Positions 47,827-57,484 of a stretch of DNA of 64,000 nt are shown here, piece by piece; position 1 is the first letter of the stretch; each line of letters begins with the position of its first letter. The stretch is from contig JAYPHU010000014.1 of NCBI GenBank assembly GCA_038127535.1, positions 713 to 64,712 on the forward strand, read 5' to 3'. Below the pieces are notes generated by a model. It saw only the letters and a program-made list of their open reading frames with translations. It was not told where the DNA came from and ran no database searches. Source of the stretch: Rhodospirillaceae bacterium. GTDB taxonomy: Bacteria; Pseudomonadota; Alphaproteobacteria; Rhodospirillales; UBA2165. The translations under genes and the position numbers were made by a program.

Positions 47827-48969
47827 GTGGATTTCAGTTTTACGGAAGAGCAGGAAGTTTTGCGCGGCCAAGTCCGCAAACTGGTGCAAGATGTATGCCC
47901 GCCGGAGTATGTGGAGGAATGTGATTCCACTCCGCGTCCGCCGGTGGAAGCTTACAAGGCTATGGCGGAACAAGGATGGCTCAGCGTCCTGCTGCCGGAA
48001 GAACATGGCGGCGTCGGCGGCTCGCCGACGGACGTGGCCATCGTCCTGGAAGAAGTTGGCCGGCAGTATGAAGAACTGGCCATGTGGATGTTCCGCTCCA
48101 GCGTTTGGGGCGGCTATGCGGTCGCCACCCACGGGACGGATGAGATGAAGGCGGAGGTTCTGCCCCGGGTCGCTAGTGGCGATATCAGCATCTGCTTTGG
48201 CCTCACCGAACCAGACTCTGGCTCAGACGCGGCGGCGCTCAAAACTTTTGCCAAGCCGGACGGCGACGACTACATCATCAACGGCCAGAAGGTCTTCACC
48301 TCCGGCATGGACATCAGCGACTATTGTCTGCTGGTCACCCGCACAAGCCGCGGCGAGAAGCAGCAGGAAGGCATCACCCTGTTCCTGGTCGATACCAAAT
48401 TGCCGGGCATCGACATCAAGAAAATCGACACGCTCGGCCATCGGGGCATCGGCACCACCCAGGTGTTTTACGAAGATGTACGCGTCCCTAAGACGGCGAT
48501 CATGGGCGAGCTTAATCAGGGCTGGCGCTGCGCCGATCAGTATCTATGGTACGAGCGCCTGTGTCTCTCGGCGGCGCGGTATGGCGCCGCATCGGCCGCA
48601 TTCGAGTACGCGCTCAACTACGCCAAGGAGCGGGAACAATTCGGCCGGCCCATCGGCAAGTTCCAGGCAATCTCTCACAAGCTGGCAGATATGCGGGTGA
48701 TGCTCGAAGTGTCGCACTTGCTGGTCTACCAATTCGCCTGGAAGATGGAACGGGGCGAGGCCAGCCGCCACGACGCGGCAATCATCAAGCTCTATTCCGG
48801 CGAAGCCTATAAGTCGATCTCCGATTTGGGCTTGCAGATCTTTGGCGGCTACGGCTTCTGCATGGAATATCCAATGCAGCGGTTCTTCCGAGACTCCCGC
48901 CTGGCCGTGATCGGCGGCGGCACGTCAGAAATTCAGCGCAACATCATCGCGAAAAGTCTTGGCCTCTGA
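47827..48969 (+). CDS. Acyl-CoA dehydrogenase (CaiA-like or IVD/LCAD-type catalytic Glu position)
   Basis: GLTEPDSGSD, NGQKVFTSG, YERL, REQFGRPIGKFQ, GGYG, IGGGTSEIQRNII. Confidence 0.93.
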   Translation: MDFSFTEEQEVLRGQVRKLVQDVCPPEYVEECDSTPRPPVEAYKAMAEQGWLSVLLPEEHGGVGGSPTDVAIVLEEVGRQYEELAMWMFRSSVWGGYAVATHGTDEMKAEVLPRVASGDISICFGLTEPDSGSDAAALKTFAKPDGDDYIINGQKVFTSGMDISDYCLLVTRTSRGEKQQEGITLFLVDTKLPGIDIKKIDTLGHRGIGTTQVFYEDVRVPKTAIMGELNQGWRCADQYLWYERLCLSAARYGAASAAFEYALNYAKEREQFGRPIGKFQAISHKLADMRVMLEVSHLLVYQFAWKMERGEASRHDAAIIKLYSGEAYKSISDLGLQIFGGYGFCMEYPMQRFFRDSRLAVIGGGTSEIQRNIIAKSLGL

Positions 48970-50167
48970 TCAAAAAATTCACCGGCCCCTAGATGGCGTG
49001 CGGGTGTTGGAGCTCGGTCAGATCATCGCCGGCACCTACGGCGGGCAACTTCTCTCCGATCTTGGCGCTGAAGTCATTAAGATCGAAGCTCCGGTCGGCG
49101 ACCTGGGCCGGCTTCCGTCTGTCGCGCCCTATAAGCATCTGAGCGGTCTATTCCTCACCTATAACCGAAACAAGAAAAGCGTGGTGATCGATCTCAAGAC
49201 GGACCAGGGCCGAGAGGTGTTCTACGATTTCGTCAAAACGGCCGACGTGGTGGTGGACAACTTCCGCCCCGGCGTGTTGGAAAAGCTGAAAGTTGACTAT
49301 CCGACGCTGAAATCCATCAACCCGCGGATCATTCAGTGTTCGGTCACCGGCTTCGGCCTGGAAGGCGAGTATAAGGATCTGCCGGCCCTCGACATTATTA
49401 TTCAGTCCATCAGCGGCATGCTGGCGGTCACCGGCGAGAAAGACGGCCCGCCGGCCCGCGTCGGCATTCCGATCTCTGACTTGGGGGGCGGCTTGTTCTC
49501 CAGCCAAGGGATCCTGGCTTCACTCTATGAGCGGGAACGCACCGGCACCGGCCGGCGGCTCGAGGTCTCCATGTTCGATGCCATGCTCAGCCTCTTGAGC
49601 TATATGGGCACCCTCTGGCTGACCAATGGCGAACTGCCGGAGCCCATGGGTACGTCTCATGAGTATACGGTGCCCTGGCAGGCCTTCGAGACGAGAGAGG
49701 GCTATCTGGTGGTGGCCACCCGCCAGGACAAATTCTGGCAGATGTTCTGTGAAGCCGTTGAACGGCCCGATCTGGGCGCGGACGAGCGCTTCAGCACCAA
49801 TGACAGCCGGGTCGTGCACCGCGACGTCCTGGTCCCCATTCTGGAAGAACACTTGCGCACCCGCACCGCCCAGGAGTGGCTAAAGGTCATGCGGGAATTT
49901 GGTGTACCGGCAGCACCCGTGAACAATCTGGACGGGGTCTTCGCCGAACCGCCGGTGGCGGAGCGGGAGATGATCGTCGAATACGATCACCCCGAAGTGG
50001 GTAAGGTCCGCATGCCGGGCAACCCGATGAAGATGGAGGGTGTAACAGAAACCTTGTCGGAGCCCGCGCCCATGCTGGGCCAGCACACGGATGAGCTTTT
50101 GGAAGAATTGTTGAACAAAACGCCGGACGAGATCGCTGCCTTACGGGATGCCGGCGCGGTTAAATAA
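48959..50167 (+). CDS. CaiB/BaiF family III CoA-transferase
   Basis: DLGAEVIKIE, RNKKS, DNFRPG, TGFG, ALD (catalytic Asp), APMLGQHT. Confidence 0.93.
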   Translation: MASDQKIHRPLDGVRVLELGQIIAGTYGGQLLSDLGAEVIKIEAPVGDLGRLPSVAPYKHLSGLFLTYNRNKKSVVIDLKTDQGREVFYDFVKTADVVVDNFRPGVLEKLKVDYPTLKSINPRIIQCSVTGFGLEGEYKDLPALDIIIQSISGMLAVTGEKDGPPARVGIPISDLGGGLFSSQGILASLYERERTGTGRRLEVSMFDAMLSLLSYMGTLWLTNGELPEPMGTSHEYTVPWQAFETREGYLVVATRQDKFWQMFCEAVERPDLGADERFSTNDSRVVHRDVLVPILEEHLRTRTAQEWLKVMREFGVPAAPVNNLDGVFAEPPVAEREMIVEYDHPEVGKVRMPGNPMKMEGVTETLSEPAPMLGQHTDELLEELLNKTPDEIAALRDAGAVK

Positions 50168-50177
50168 GGGATAGATT

Positions 50178-50627
50178 ATGGTTGGATTGTATTGGGAAGA
50201 ATGGGAAATCGATCAGGAATTCGAATCACCGGCGCGAACCGTGACCGAAGCCGATGTGGTTCACTTCGCCGGTATTTCCGGCGACTATAATCCCCTCCAC
50301 GTGAACGAGGAATTCTGCAAGGAGACCATCTTCGGCACGCGCATCGCGCACGGGCCACTGATCTATTCCATCGCTGCCGGGTTGCTTTTCCAGCTTCATC
50401 TCTACGACGACACGCTGATCGCGTTTCTGGGCTTCGACAGTCTGAAGTTCACCAAGCCGGTGAAGATCGGCGACACCATCCACGCCCGAATCAAGGTGAC
50501 CGAAAAGCGGGAGACCTCGAAGCCGGACCGGGGCGTCATGAAACGGACCCTGGAAGTCGTCAACCATCACGGCGAGGTCGTACAGGAAGGCGTGCAGGCG
50601 TTTCTGTTGAAACGTAAACCGGCGTAG
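50178..50627 (+). CDS. MaoC family (R)-enoyl-CoA hydratase/dehydratase
   Basis: RTVTEADV, GDYNPLH hydratase motif, IAHG, PVKIGDTI. Confidence 0.92.
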   Translation: MVGLYWEEWEIDQEFESPARTVTEADVVHFAGISGDYNPLHVNEEFCKETIFGTRIAHGPLIYSIAAGLLFQLHLYDDTLIAFLGFDSLKFTKPVKIGDTIHARIKVTEKRETSKPDRGVMKRTLEVVNHHGEVVQEGVQAFLLKRKPA

Positions 50628-50638
50628 GGAGACGGACC

Positions 50639-51499
50639 ATGAGCTATCCCCTGATCACGCTTTACACGCCGGGCACCCGTCCTGAGCTGGCTCAGAAGGC
50701 TGAAAAGTACGACATCGATTCCATCATCATTGATCTCGAAGACACCGTACCGCCGGATATGAAGGCGGAGACACGGGGCATCATCGCCGAGTTGATCCCG
50801 ACCCTACCCAATAAGCCCCTGGTCCGAGTGAACAATGACCCGGACTTGCTGGAGGACGATCTTCGCGCAGTGATCACGCCAAACACGCTGGGCATCCTGT
50901 TCCCCAAGGCGGAAACGGTGGAGGACCTGAAAAGCGTCGACAAAGTCATGGAAGAAGCTGAAGCCGCCACCGGACTTGAGACCGGCTCGGTGCGGCTGTT
51001 GTTACAGATTGAATCCGCGCTCGGTGTGCTCAGATGCTTTGATCTCTGCATGGCGGCAGACCGGATCGACAGCGTCTCCTTCGGCAGCGCCGAGGATGGG
51101 GATCTGCAGCGGGATTTGGGCTGCGAGTTTTCTCTCGAAGGCACTGAGCTGATGTATGCGCGATCAAAGGTTTTGCTGGAAGCGCGTGCCGCGAAAATGC
51201 CCTACGTCCTGGACGGCGCCTTCAGCGATGTGAGCAATGTGGAGGCCTTCCGCACCGACAGTATCCTCTCCCGCCGGCTGGGCTATGACGGACGCACCTG
51301 TGTGCATCCGGCGCAGGTTGATGCGGCGCGGGAGATTTACTCTCTGTCGGAAGAACAGACCGCCTATTACCGGAAAGTGGTCGAGGAATTCGAAGCCGCG
51401 CTGAAGGCCGGCGCGGCCTCCATCAAGGTCGACGGCAAGATGGTGGACAATGCCATGTATGTGCAGGCAAAGTCCGTCCTGGACCGGTTCGGCGGTTAG
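50639..51499 (+). CDS. CitE/malyl-CoA lyase family acyl-CoA lyase
   Basis: IIDLEDTV, VRVN, PKAE, IESALG, GSAED, GRTCVHPAQV, DGKMVD. Confidence 0.92.
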   Translation: MSYPLITLYTPGTRPELAQKAEKYDIDSIIIDLEDTVPPDMKAETRGIIAELIPTLPNKPLVRVNNDPDLLEDDLRAVITPNTLGILFPKAETVEDLKSVDKVMEEAEAATGLETGSVRLLLQIESALGVLRCFDLCMAADRIDSVSFGSAEDGDLQRDLGCEFSLEGTELMYARSKVLLEARAAKMPYVLDGAFSDVSNVEAFRTDSILSRRLGYDGRTCVHPAQVDAAREIYSLSEEQTAYYRKVVEEFEAALKAGAASIKVDGKMVDNAMYVQAKSVLDRFGG

Positions 51500-52677
51500 G
51501 GAGAAATCTCCAGCCGCTTGTCGTGGCCGTCCGGCAGGCCCTTTTCCAGAACGTCTGAAATCCAATCGGCAATCCCCGGATAAATGTCTCCGGCCACTTC
51601 GCCCATGGGATGGAAGACATCCTGGTACATCCAGAGCTCTCTCGGACAGTTCAGCCGATCAAGCCAGGCATGGACGTCTTCCGGCGGCGTCAATTCGTCC
51701 ATTTCACCCGCGACCAGGAGGTACGGACATTCCAATTTTTCCCCGGATGCAAAAAAGTTTGCATCCATTTCATCGGCATACTTATCGAACGTATCCTCGT
51801 CGTAGATATTCGTCATATACATGTAGATGCGTTTGAAGTTGGGCTGGGCCTGATTAAAGATGACATCGGTCGGCCCCACATTGGCCATCTGCCCCACGGC
51901 GGCCTTTACCCGGGGGTCTGCCGCAGCGATCTCCACACTATAGCGGCTGCCCATGGAGGTGCCGAAGACGGCAATTTTATCCGCATCGACGTCGTCTCTC
52001 TCCACCAGCATGTCGAGAACGGCCGACCCCGCGCGGGCATAATTGCCGACAACCTGCCACACCTGATTGATGTTGCACTCCCCTTGCCCCGGTCCGTCCA
52101 TGACGCAGATATTCATGCCCCGGCGGGTAAACTCGTTGTTATACGGATTTGGGAAATCCTCTTTGATCGCGTCCATGCCCGGCTGATACAGGACCGTCGG
52201 TTTGGGCCCATCGCCCGGCGCTTTATGAAACAGGCAATAGATATTTTTACCGTCTTCAAAAGGCACAACGTGGCGGCTCACTTCTCCGTCCAGCAACTCG
52301 ATCAGCCGGTCATAATTCTCGACCACACTGGCATGATAGGACATCTTCTTGGCGTTGCCGTCCACGGGTATGAGGTGCTGAGCGCGGCCGTAATAGATAG
52401 CGGCCCGGTGAAAATGCTGTGCGGCGGTGACACGGTGCCCGGCCGCCAGGGCTTCTTCGGCCATTTCCTCCTGCCGGGCGGCGCCCGCCGCCCAAGCTCG
52501 CGGAAAGGCGCGCCGGCCGGTGACGTTGCGGAAAATCCGCTCCATATCACCGAATTTGAATCCCCGCTCCAACCGGATACCCATAATACCCGGATGCAGG
52601 ATGTCCTCGTTGTCTGTTAGCTGGATGAAATTATCAAAAATCCAGTTTTGACTCGCACGCGGTGCTTGCCGTCGCAT
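51496..52677 (-). CDS. Alpha/beta hydrolase, 2,6-dihydroxypseudooxynicotine hydrolase/FrsA-like
   Basis: PGMDAIKE, DGPGQGE, GTSMG, GEMDELTP, VFH. Confidence 0.78.
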   Translation of the reverse strand: MRRQAPRASQNWIFDNFIQLTDNEDILHPGIMGIRLERGFKFGDMERIFRNVTGRRAFPRAWAAGAARQEEMAEEALAAGHRVTAAQHFHRAAIYYGRAQHLIPVDGNAKKMSYHASVVENYDRLIELLDGEVSRHVVPFEDGKNIYCLFHKAPGDGPKPTVLYQPGMDAIKEDFPNPYNNEFTRRGMNICVMDGPGQGECNINQVWQVVGNYARAGSAVLDMLVERDDVDADKIAVFGTSMGSRYSVEIAAADPRVKAAVGQMANVGPTDVIFNQAQPNFKRIYMYMTNIYDEDTFDKYADEMDANFFASGEKLECPYLLVAGEMDELTPPEDVHAWLDRLNCPRELWMYQDVFHPMGEVAGDIYPGIADWISDVLEKGLPDGHDKRLEISP

Positions 52678-52701
52678 CGTCCCCTCCCTGCGTTGGTTGT
52701 T

Positions 52702-55191
52702 TTACGCCGTCGCTTCGTCCTTGCCGCTCATCTGATAGATCAGCGTCGCCCCCATCACGATCGCACCCACAATGTAAGTGTAGTAGTGAAGGTTAGCTTC
52801 GGTGCCGACGACCCAGGCGATGAACTCGCCGGTGGGCATCAACAGACACAGCGCACAGAACAGCCAGATAAACCGCTCATACGGCACATGCCGGCCGATG
52901 CCCCAACCGTCAAGGAATTTCGCCCAGCAGAACACACCGGCCGAAATGGCGATCACCGAAATAACGATGTCGAAGATCGGGCCTTCCAGCAATAGCGGCG
53001 TATAAACGAACAGGAACGGCGTGATCAGGATCATCGAGGCCTGTTTGAGCGCCTGGTTACCTGTTTTTACCGGATCGGACTGCGCGATGGAACTCGCCGC
53101 ATAAGCCGCCAGGGCCACCGGCGGGGTCACCGCGCTGACCACGGCCACCCAGTAGCTGATCATGTGGGCGGCGATCGGCGGTACACCCAGTTCAGACAGC
53201 GCGCCGACCGCGAAGATCGCCAAAATCACATAGCTGGCGACGATAGGCAGGCCCATACCGACGATGTAACCGGCGACGATTACCCAGAATATGGTCAACG
53301 GCAGCAGCCCAAAACTGGCGTCCACCAACAATTGAGACACCCGGCCCGGGAGATCGGACTGGGTCGCGGCGGAGAGCAGAATACCCAGCACGCCGGCGAT
53401 GCAACTAACCACCAGCGTGTTTCGCGCGCCCGCTTCGAGAGAGACCCAGATCGTGCGGACCAGCTCCTTGAACACGTCGCCCAAGGATTTGATCTCCAAA
53501 CCGGCATCATCATAACCGACGCCGGCGTTGGCGACTTCGCGGATTGCATGTTCGGGAGCATCGCTCCGGCCGAGATAGGCAATCTCGCCCACTTTCAGGA
53601 CGATGAAGGTGAACAACACCCAATAGCCAGCGTCGCCGATGCCGATTCCCACATCAGCGTAGACGAACCACATAAAGGGCGCACCGATTTTCTCACCGAA
53701 GATATAAACGAACGCTCCAACCAGAACACTAATCGTCAAATAAGATTTCCATGAGGTGCGCGACACACGTGTGGGGATCACGACCAACAAATCAGTCAGC
53801 TTCAGCATGATGATCAGAATGATGGTCTTGGCCGCCGCTAGGAACGCGGAGTCGCCGATTACCAGAAAGAAGATCATCGCCGGAATCGGCAGCAACAGGT
53901 GCAGCCGAGGCACAATACCGTCCCACGACGGCAGTTCAGAGGCCGGCACCCCATGCAGCTTGTCTCGCCGGGCCCGGAAATACACGATCAGGCCTACCGA
54001 CAGGTAATAAAGAAGCGCCGGAATGGCAGCGATCTTGACGATATCGAAGTAGCTGGTTTCAGTTAGTTCCGCTAGCAGGAACGCGCCGGCGCCCATGATC
54101 GGCGGCATATAGGCGCCGCCGGTCGACGCCGCAGCTTCAACGCCGCCTGCGAACTCGGGCCGGTAGCCGACTCGCTTCATCAGCGGAATGGTAAACGTGC
54201 CCGTGGTCATAACGTTGGCGACGCCGCTACCGGAGATCATCCCGAAGAAGCCGCTGGAGATCACCGCTGCTAGACCGGGGCCGCCAGTCTTTTGGCCGGT
54301 CAGCCGGTAGGTCGTGTTGATGATCAGCGCACCCAAACCGGTTTTTTCCAGGAAGGCGCCCAGGATCACGAAGATCACGATGAAGGTTGCGAACACTTCG
54401 ACGATCAGGCCCAGCATGCCCTCGGTGGACAGCATGAGGAATTCCAGCACCCGTGCGGTGCGGTTGCCCGGGTGCTCCAGAATGCCCGGCAGATTCTGGG
54501 CGATCGGTTCAAACGAATAGATAAAGAACAGGAAGCCCAGCAGCGGGATCAGCGGTCCGACGATACGCCGGGCGATCTCGAAGCTCACGGCCGCCATCAT
54601 GGTGCCGAAAATTACCAGCTCGGCCGGCACCCGGCCGCCCATGTTGGTCTGCAGTTCGACCAGGTTGATGCCCCACCAAGTGACCGACGCTATGGCCGCC
54701 GACAGATAGAGGACGTCCGAAATGACCAGTCCGTCGCCCCGGCTACCGCGCCGGGCCTCGAAATAATAGAGGGCCGCACCGACAACGCCGCCGGCGATAC
54801 CTATGGTCCAAATGGTGTCGGTGATGTAGCGCCGCCAGAAATATTCCTGGCCACTCGCGGCCCAATGGATCAAGACCGCAATGGAGCCGACCAGCATGAC
54901 CATGGAGATTAGGGAGAAAAACTCATCCAGCCAGACAAACCCTTCCTTTAGGGATTTCTGCCGGCTTTTGAAGAGCAGGAGCGACATGACGCTCACGCCC
55001 ATGAAGAACGTGCCCTTGAAAATCTCGGAAACGGGTGGGCCGAAAACGGCGATATGAAGGAAGAAATACGAATAAGCCACCGCCACCACGGAAAATAATA
55101 TTTTCGCAAGGCCTGAAAGCTGTCTGGGTTGCGTCATCTCCTCACTAATGAGGCCGATTTTCATCAAGACGCCGACGGTTCCGGTAGCCAT
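52702..55191 (-). CDS. TAXI-TRAP fused 4TM/12TM permease (unusually long)
   Basis: GPGLAAVISSGFFGMISGSGVANV, EAAASTGGAYMPPIMGAGAF, GMGLPIVASY, VTPPVALAAYAA. Confidence 0.92.
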   Translation of the reverse strand: MATGTVGVLMKIGLISEEMTQPRQLSGLAKILFSVVAVAYSYFFLHIAVFGPPVSEIFKGTFFMGVSVMSLLLFKSRQKSLKEGFVWLDEFFSLISMVMLVGSIAVLIHWAASGQEYFWRRYITDTIWTIGIAGGVVGAALYYFEARRGSRGDGLVISDVLYLSAAIASVTWWGINLVELQTNMGGRVPAELVIFGTMMAAVSFEIARRIVGPLIPLLGFLFFIYSFEPIAQNLPGILEHPGNRTARVLEFLMLSTEGMLGLIVEVFATFIVIFVILGAFLEKTGLGALIINTTYRLTGQKTGGPGLAAVISSGFFGMISGSGVANVMTTGTFTIPLMKRVGYRPEFAGGVEAAASTGGAYMPPIMGAGAFLLAELTETSYFDIVKIAAIPALLYYLSVGLIVYFRARRDKLHGVPASELPSWDGIVPRLHLLLPIPAMIFFLVIGDSAFLAAAKTIILIIMLKLTDLLVVIPTRVSRTSWKSYLTISVLVGAFVYIFGEKIGAPFMWFVYADVGIGIGDAGYWVLFTFIVLKVGEIAYLGRSDAPEHAIREVANAGVGYDDAGLEIKSLGDVFKELVRTIWVSLEAGARNTLVVSCIAGVLGILLSAATQSDLPGRVSQLLVDASFGLLPLTIFWVIVAGYIVGMGLPIVASYVILAIFAVGALSELGVPPIAAHMISYWVAVVSAVTPPVALAAYAASSIAQSDPVKTGNQALKQASMILITPFLFVYTPLLLEGPIFDIVISVIAISAGVFCWAKFLDGWGIGRHVPYERFIWLFCALCLLMPTGEFIAWVVGTEANLHYYTYIVGAIVMGATLIYQMSGKDEATA

Positions 55192-55247
55192 GGCAGTGTC
55201 CCCGTTTACTATATGAGCAAAATAATTGTTGGATTTTGTCAGCGAGA

Positions 55248-55278
55248 GAGCGCGAGGAGATTAACTCTCCCCGCGTTC
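55248..55278 (-). terminator. Hairpin between the TAXI SBP and permease genes
   Basis: GAGCGCGAGGAGA-TTAAC-TCTCCCCGCGTTC imperfect stem. Confidence 0.45.
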
Positions 55279-55321
55279 AAACCAATTCTCGTGCTAGGCA
55301 TTCAGAAGAATGCCGGGTCGG

Positions 55322-56311
55322 TTAGTACCCTTGAACTAGACTAGCCGGCATTTTGTAGCCGCGGCCCGACCAGTACTTGGCCGCTGCCGGGTGAATCGGA
55401 ATCTTCACCGTCGTCAGGTTGGAGAAGTCGCCGTTCAGCGTCTTCCAATAACCTGCCGTGGCAGATAGTTTCTTCAGATTTTCCGGCTTGGCGGCAACCG
55501 ACAGCATAGCTTCGATCGCAGCAGCGGAAACTGATTTGTGAGCCAGCCAGTACACGTCATAACCGATGGACTTGGCCGGTTCGGTCATGCCGCGCACGTC
55601 CTTCTGCACCGGAATGGTCAGCGGAGAATAGAACGGGTTGGCTTTGACGATGGCTGCTTGTTCGGCATCGGTCAGGCTGACGTAGCGCACCGGCTTGGTG
55701 ATCGACAGCTGAGTCACGGCCGGGATCAGGAACGGCGCGCCGGCGGAGCAATACACGTCGATCTGACGGTCGCCCAAGGCGCGTCCGGAGGCCGCGAAGC
55801 CAAGGTTACGGGCATCAATCTTGTCGAGGAGCCCAACGCCCTTGAAGATATTGACGCAGTTCACGTTGGAACCGGAACCCTTGTTCAGCAGGTTAACAAC
55901 CTTACCCTTCATGTCGGAGAAGGTTTTGATCGGGCTGTCAGCCAACACGACGATGAGCTGAGCCTGCTTACGCACGTTACCGATGATCCGGAAATCCTTG
56001 CTGGCGCCATCGCGCTTGAACAGACCAATGCCGTTCCAGGACTGATAGGCCTGGCCGACGTGGCCCCAAGCGGTGTGGAAATCGCCGAGTGAAACGCGGC
56101 GCACGTTATCCACTGAACCGTTGGACGGGGAATAGTTGAACTTGAATTTGCCGCTAAGTTCGCTGTTGAGTAATTGCGCACCAGCACTAACGGCAGGGTG
56201 CCAGCCGCCGCCAGCGGGGCCGCCACCAATTTTGTAAGATTCCATCGCCTGAGCAGACGTGGCCACAGCCAACGCAGCACTGGCAACCATCAAACCTTTG
56301 AAGATTTTCAT
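55322..56311 (-). CDS. TAXI family TRAP solute-binding subunit
   Basis: Signal peptide, GGGPAGGGW, SNGSVDNV, KGKVV, GSGS, IPIHPAAAKYW. Confidence 0.92.
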   Translation of the reverse strand: MKIFKGLMVASAALAVATSAQAMESYKIGGGPAGGGWHPAVSAGAQLLNSELSGKFKFNYSPSNGSVDNVRRVSLGDFHTAWGHVGQAYQSWNGIGLFKRDGASKDFRIIGNVRKQAQLIVVLADSPIKTFSDMKGKVVNLLNKGSGSNVNCVNIFKGVGLLDKIDARNLGFAASGRALGDRQIDVYCSAGAPFLIPAVTQLSITKPVRYVSLTDAEQAAIVKANPFYSPLTIPVQKDVRGMTEPAKSIGYDVYWLAHKSVSAAAIEAMLSVAAKPENLKKLSATAGYWKTLNGDFSNLTTVKIPIHPAAAKYWSGRGYKMPASLVQGY

Positions 56312-56340
56312 AGATACCTCCCGGGGTTACAAAGTTATAC

Positions 56341-56360
56341 AATTTTCCTTTCGGAAAATT
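56341..56360. promoter_or_regulatory. Candidate operator AATTTTCC-N4-GGAAAATT
   Basis: Perfect 8-bp inverted repeat in an AT-rich divergent promoter, with an extra GGAAAATT at 56432-56439. Confidence 0.45.
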
Positions 56361-56445
56361 ATCGGTATTATTATTGGGAATCTTGGGAAAGAGCAACTAA
56401 ATATCTTGTGAGTTATGACGTAAAGTATACCGGAAAATTGGGGAA

Positions 56446-57477
56446 ATGACCGAAATTATCAGAGACGAGATCACCACGGCGGACGCCTGGATGGGCGCGG
56501 AAATCCAGCATCAGATGGACTGGACCTGGCATCTGACCGGCGGGGAGATCGAGGAAATCGACGCGGCGCTGCACACCGCCAAGGCCGCCGGCGCGGAGAT
56601 TCCCTTCTCCAAGGACTTGTTTCCTCTACCCACAGTGCAGAAGCGGCTGGAGAAGGTCGTCCGAGAGGTTTCTGACGGCCGGGGTTGCGTGATGGTGCGC
56701 GGCCTGTCCCGCGATCATTTTACCGATGAAGATTGCGCGCTTATCTATTGGGGCATCGGCGTTCACCTCGGCACGCCCGTTTCCCAAAACAAACGCGGCC
56801 ACTTGCTGGGCCATGTCACCGACGAGGGCAAGGATCTGAGCGACCCGGACGCCCGTGCCTATCAGACCCGAAATAAGCTGGACTTCCACTGTGACCAGTT
56901 ACCGGTGGATATCCTTGGCCTGATGTGTCTGCGCGGGGCCAAGATCGGTGGGGCCAGCTATCTGGTCAGCGCCCCCATGGTGCACAATGTTTTCCTCCGG
57001 GAACGACCCGACCTTTTGGAGTATCTCTATCAACCCCTGCACATTGATTGGCGGGGCGACCAGCCGCCGGGCGAACAGCCCTGGTACGACGTGCCCATGT
57101 TCTCGGCCAAGGACGGCCGTATCTCGGCGCGGGTCACCAGCCGGGCGTTTATCGAGTCCGTGGTCCGCTACGGCGACGAGCTGACGATCAGCGAGAAACA
57201 ACGCGAAGCCGTGGACGTAGTGCAAGATATCGCCAACCGGCCGGAGCTCCGGCTCTCCATGGAGTTTCAGGAAGGCGACTTCCAGTTCATCAGCAATCAC
57301 TCCATCATGCACGCCCGCGAAGCCTATGAGGACTATGACGACCCGGCTTTGAAACGGCATCTTTTGCGCATGTGGATCGGCCTGCCGGACGAGCTGCGCC
57401 GCCCTCTCTCACCGCTGCTGGATCATCGCTATGATTATGTAAAGATCGGCGGCATCCCCAAACACGCAAACGCCTGA
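56446..57477 (+). CDS. TauD/TfdA family Fe(II)/2-oxoglutarate dioxygenase
   Basis: GRGCVMVRGL, LGHV, FHCD (HxD), GGASYLVS, NHSIMHAR, RHLLRMW. Confidence 0.9.
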   Translation: MTEIIRDEITTADAWMGAEIQHQMDWTWHLTGGEIEEIDAALHTAKAAGAEIPFSKDLFPLPTVQKRLEKVVREVSDGRGCVMVRGLSRDHFTDEDCALIYWGIGVHLGTPVSQNKRGHLLGHVTDEGKDLSDPDARAYQTRNKLDFHCDQLPVDILGLMCLRGAKIGGASYLVSAPMVHNVFLRERPDLLEYLYQPLHIDWRGDQPPGEQPWYDVPMFSAKDGRISARVTSRAFIESVVRYGDELTISEKQREAVDVVQDIANRPELRLSMEFQEGDFQFISNHSIMHAREAYEDYDDPALKRHLLRMWIGLPDELRRPLSPLLDHRYDYVKIGGIPKHANA

Positions 57478-57484
57478 GGCTCCC

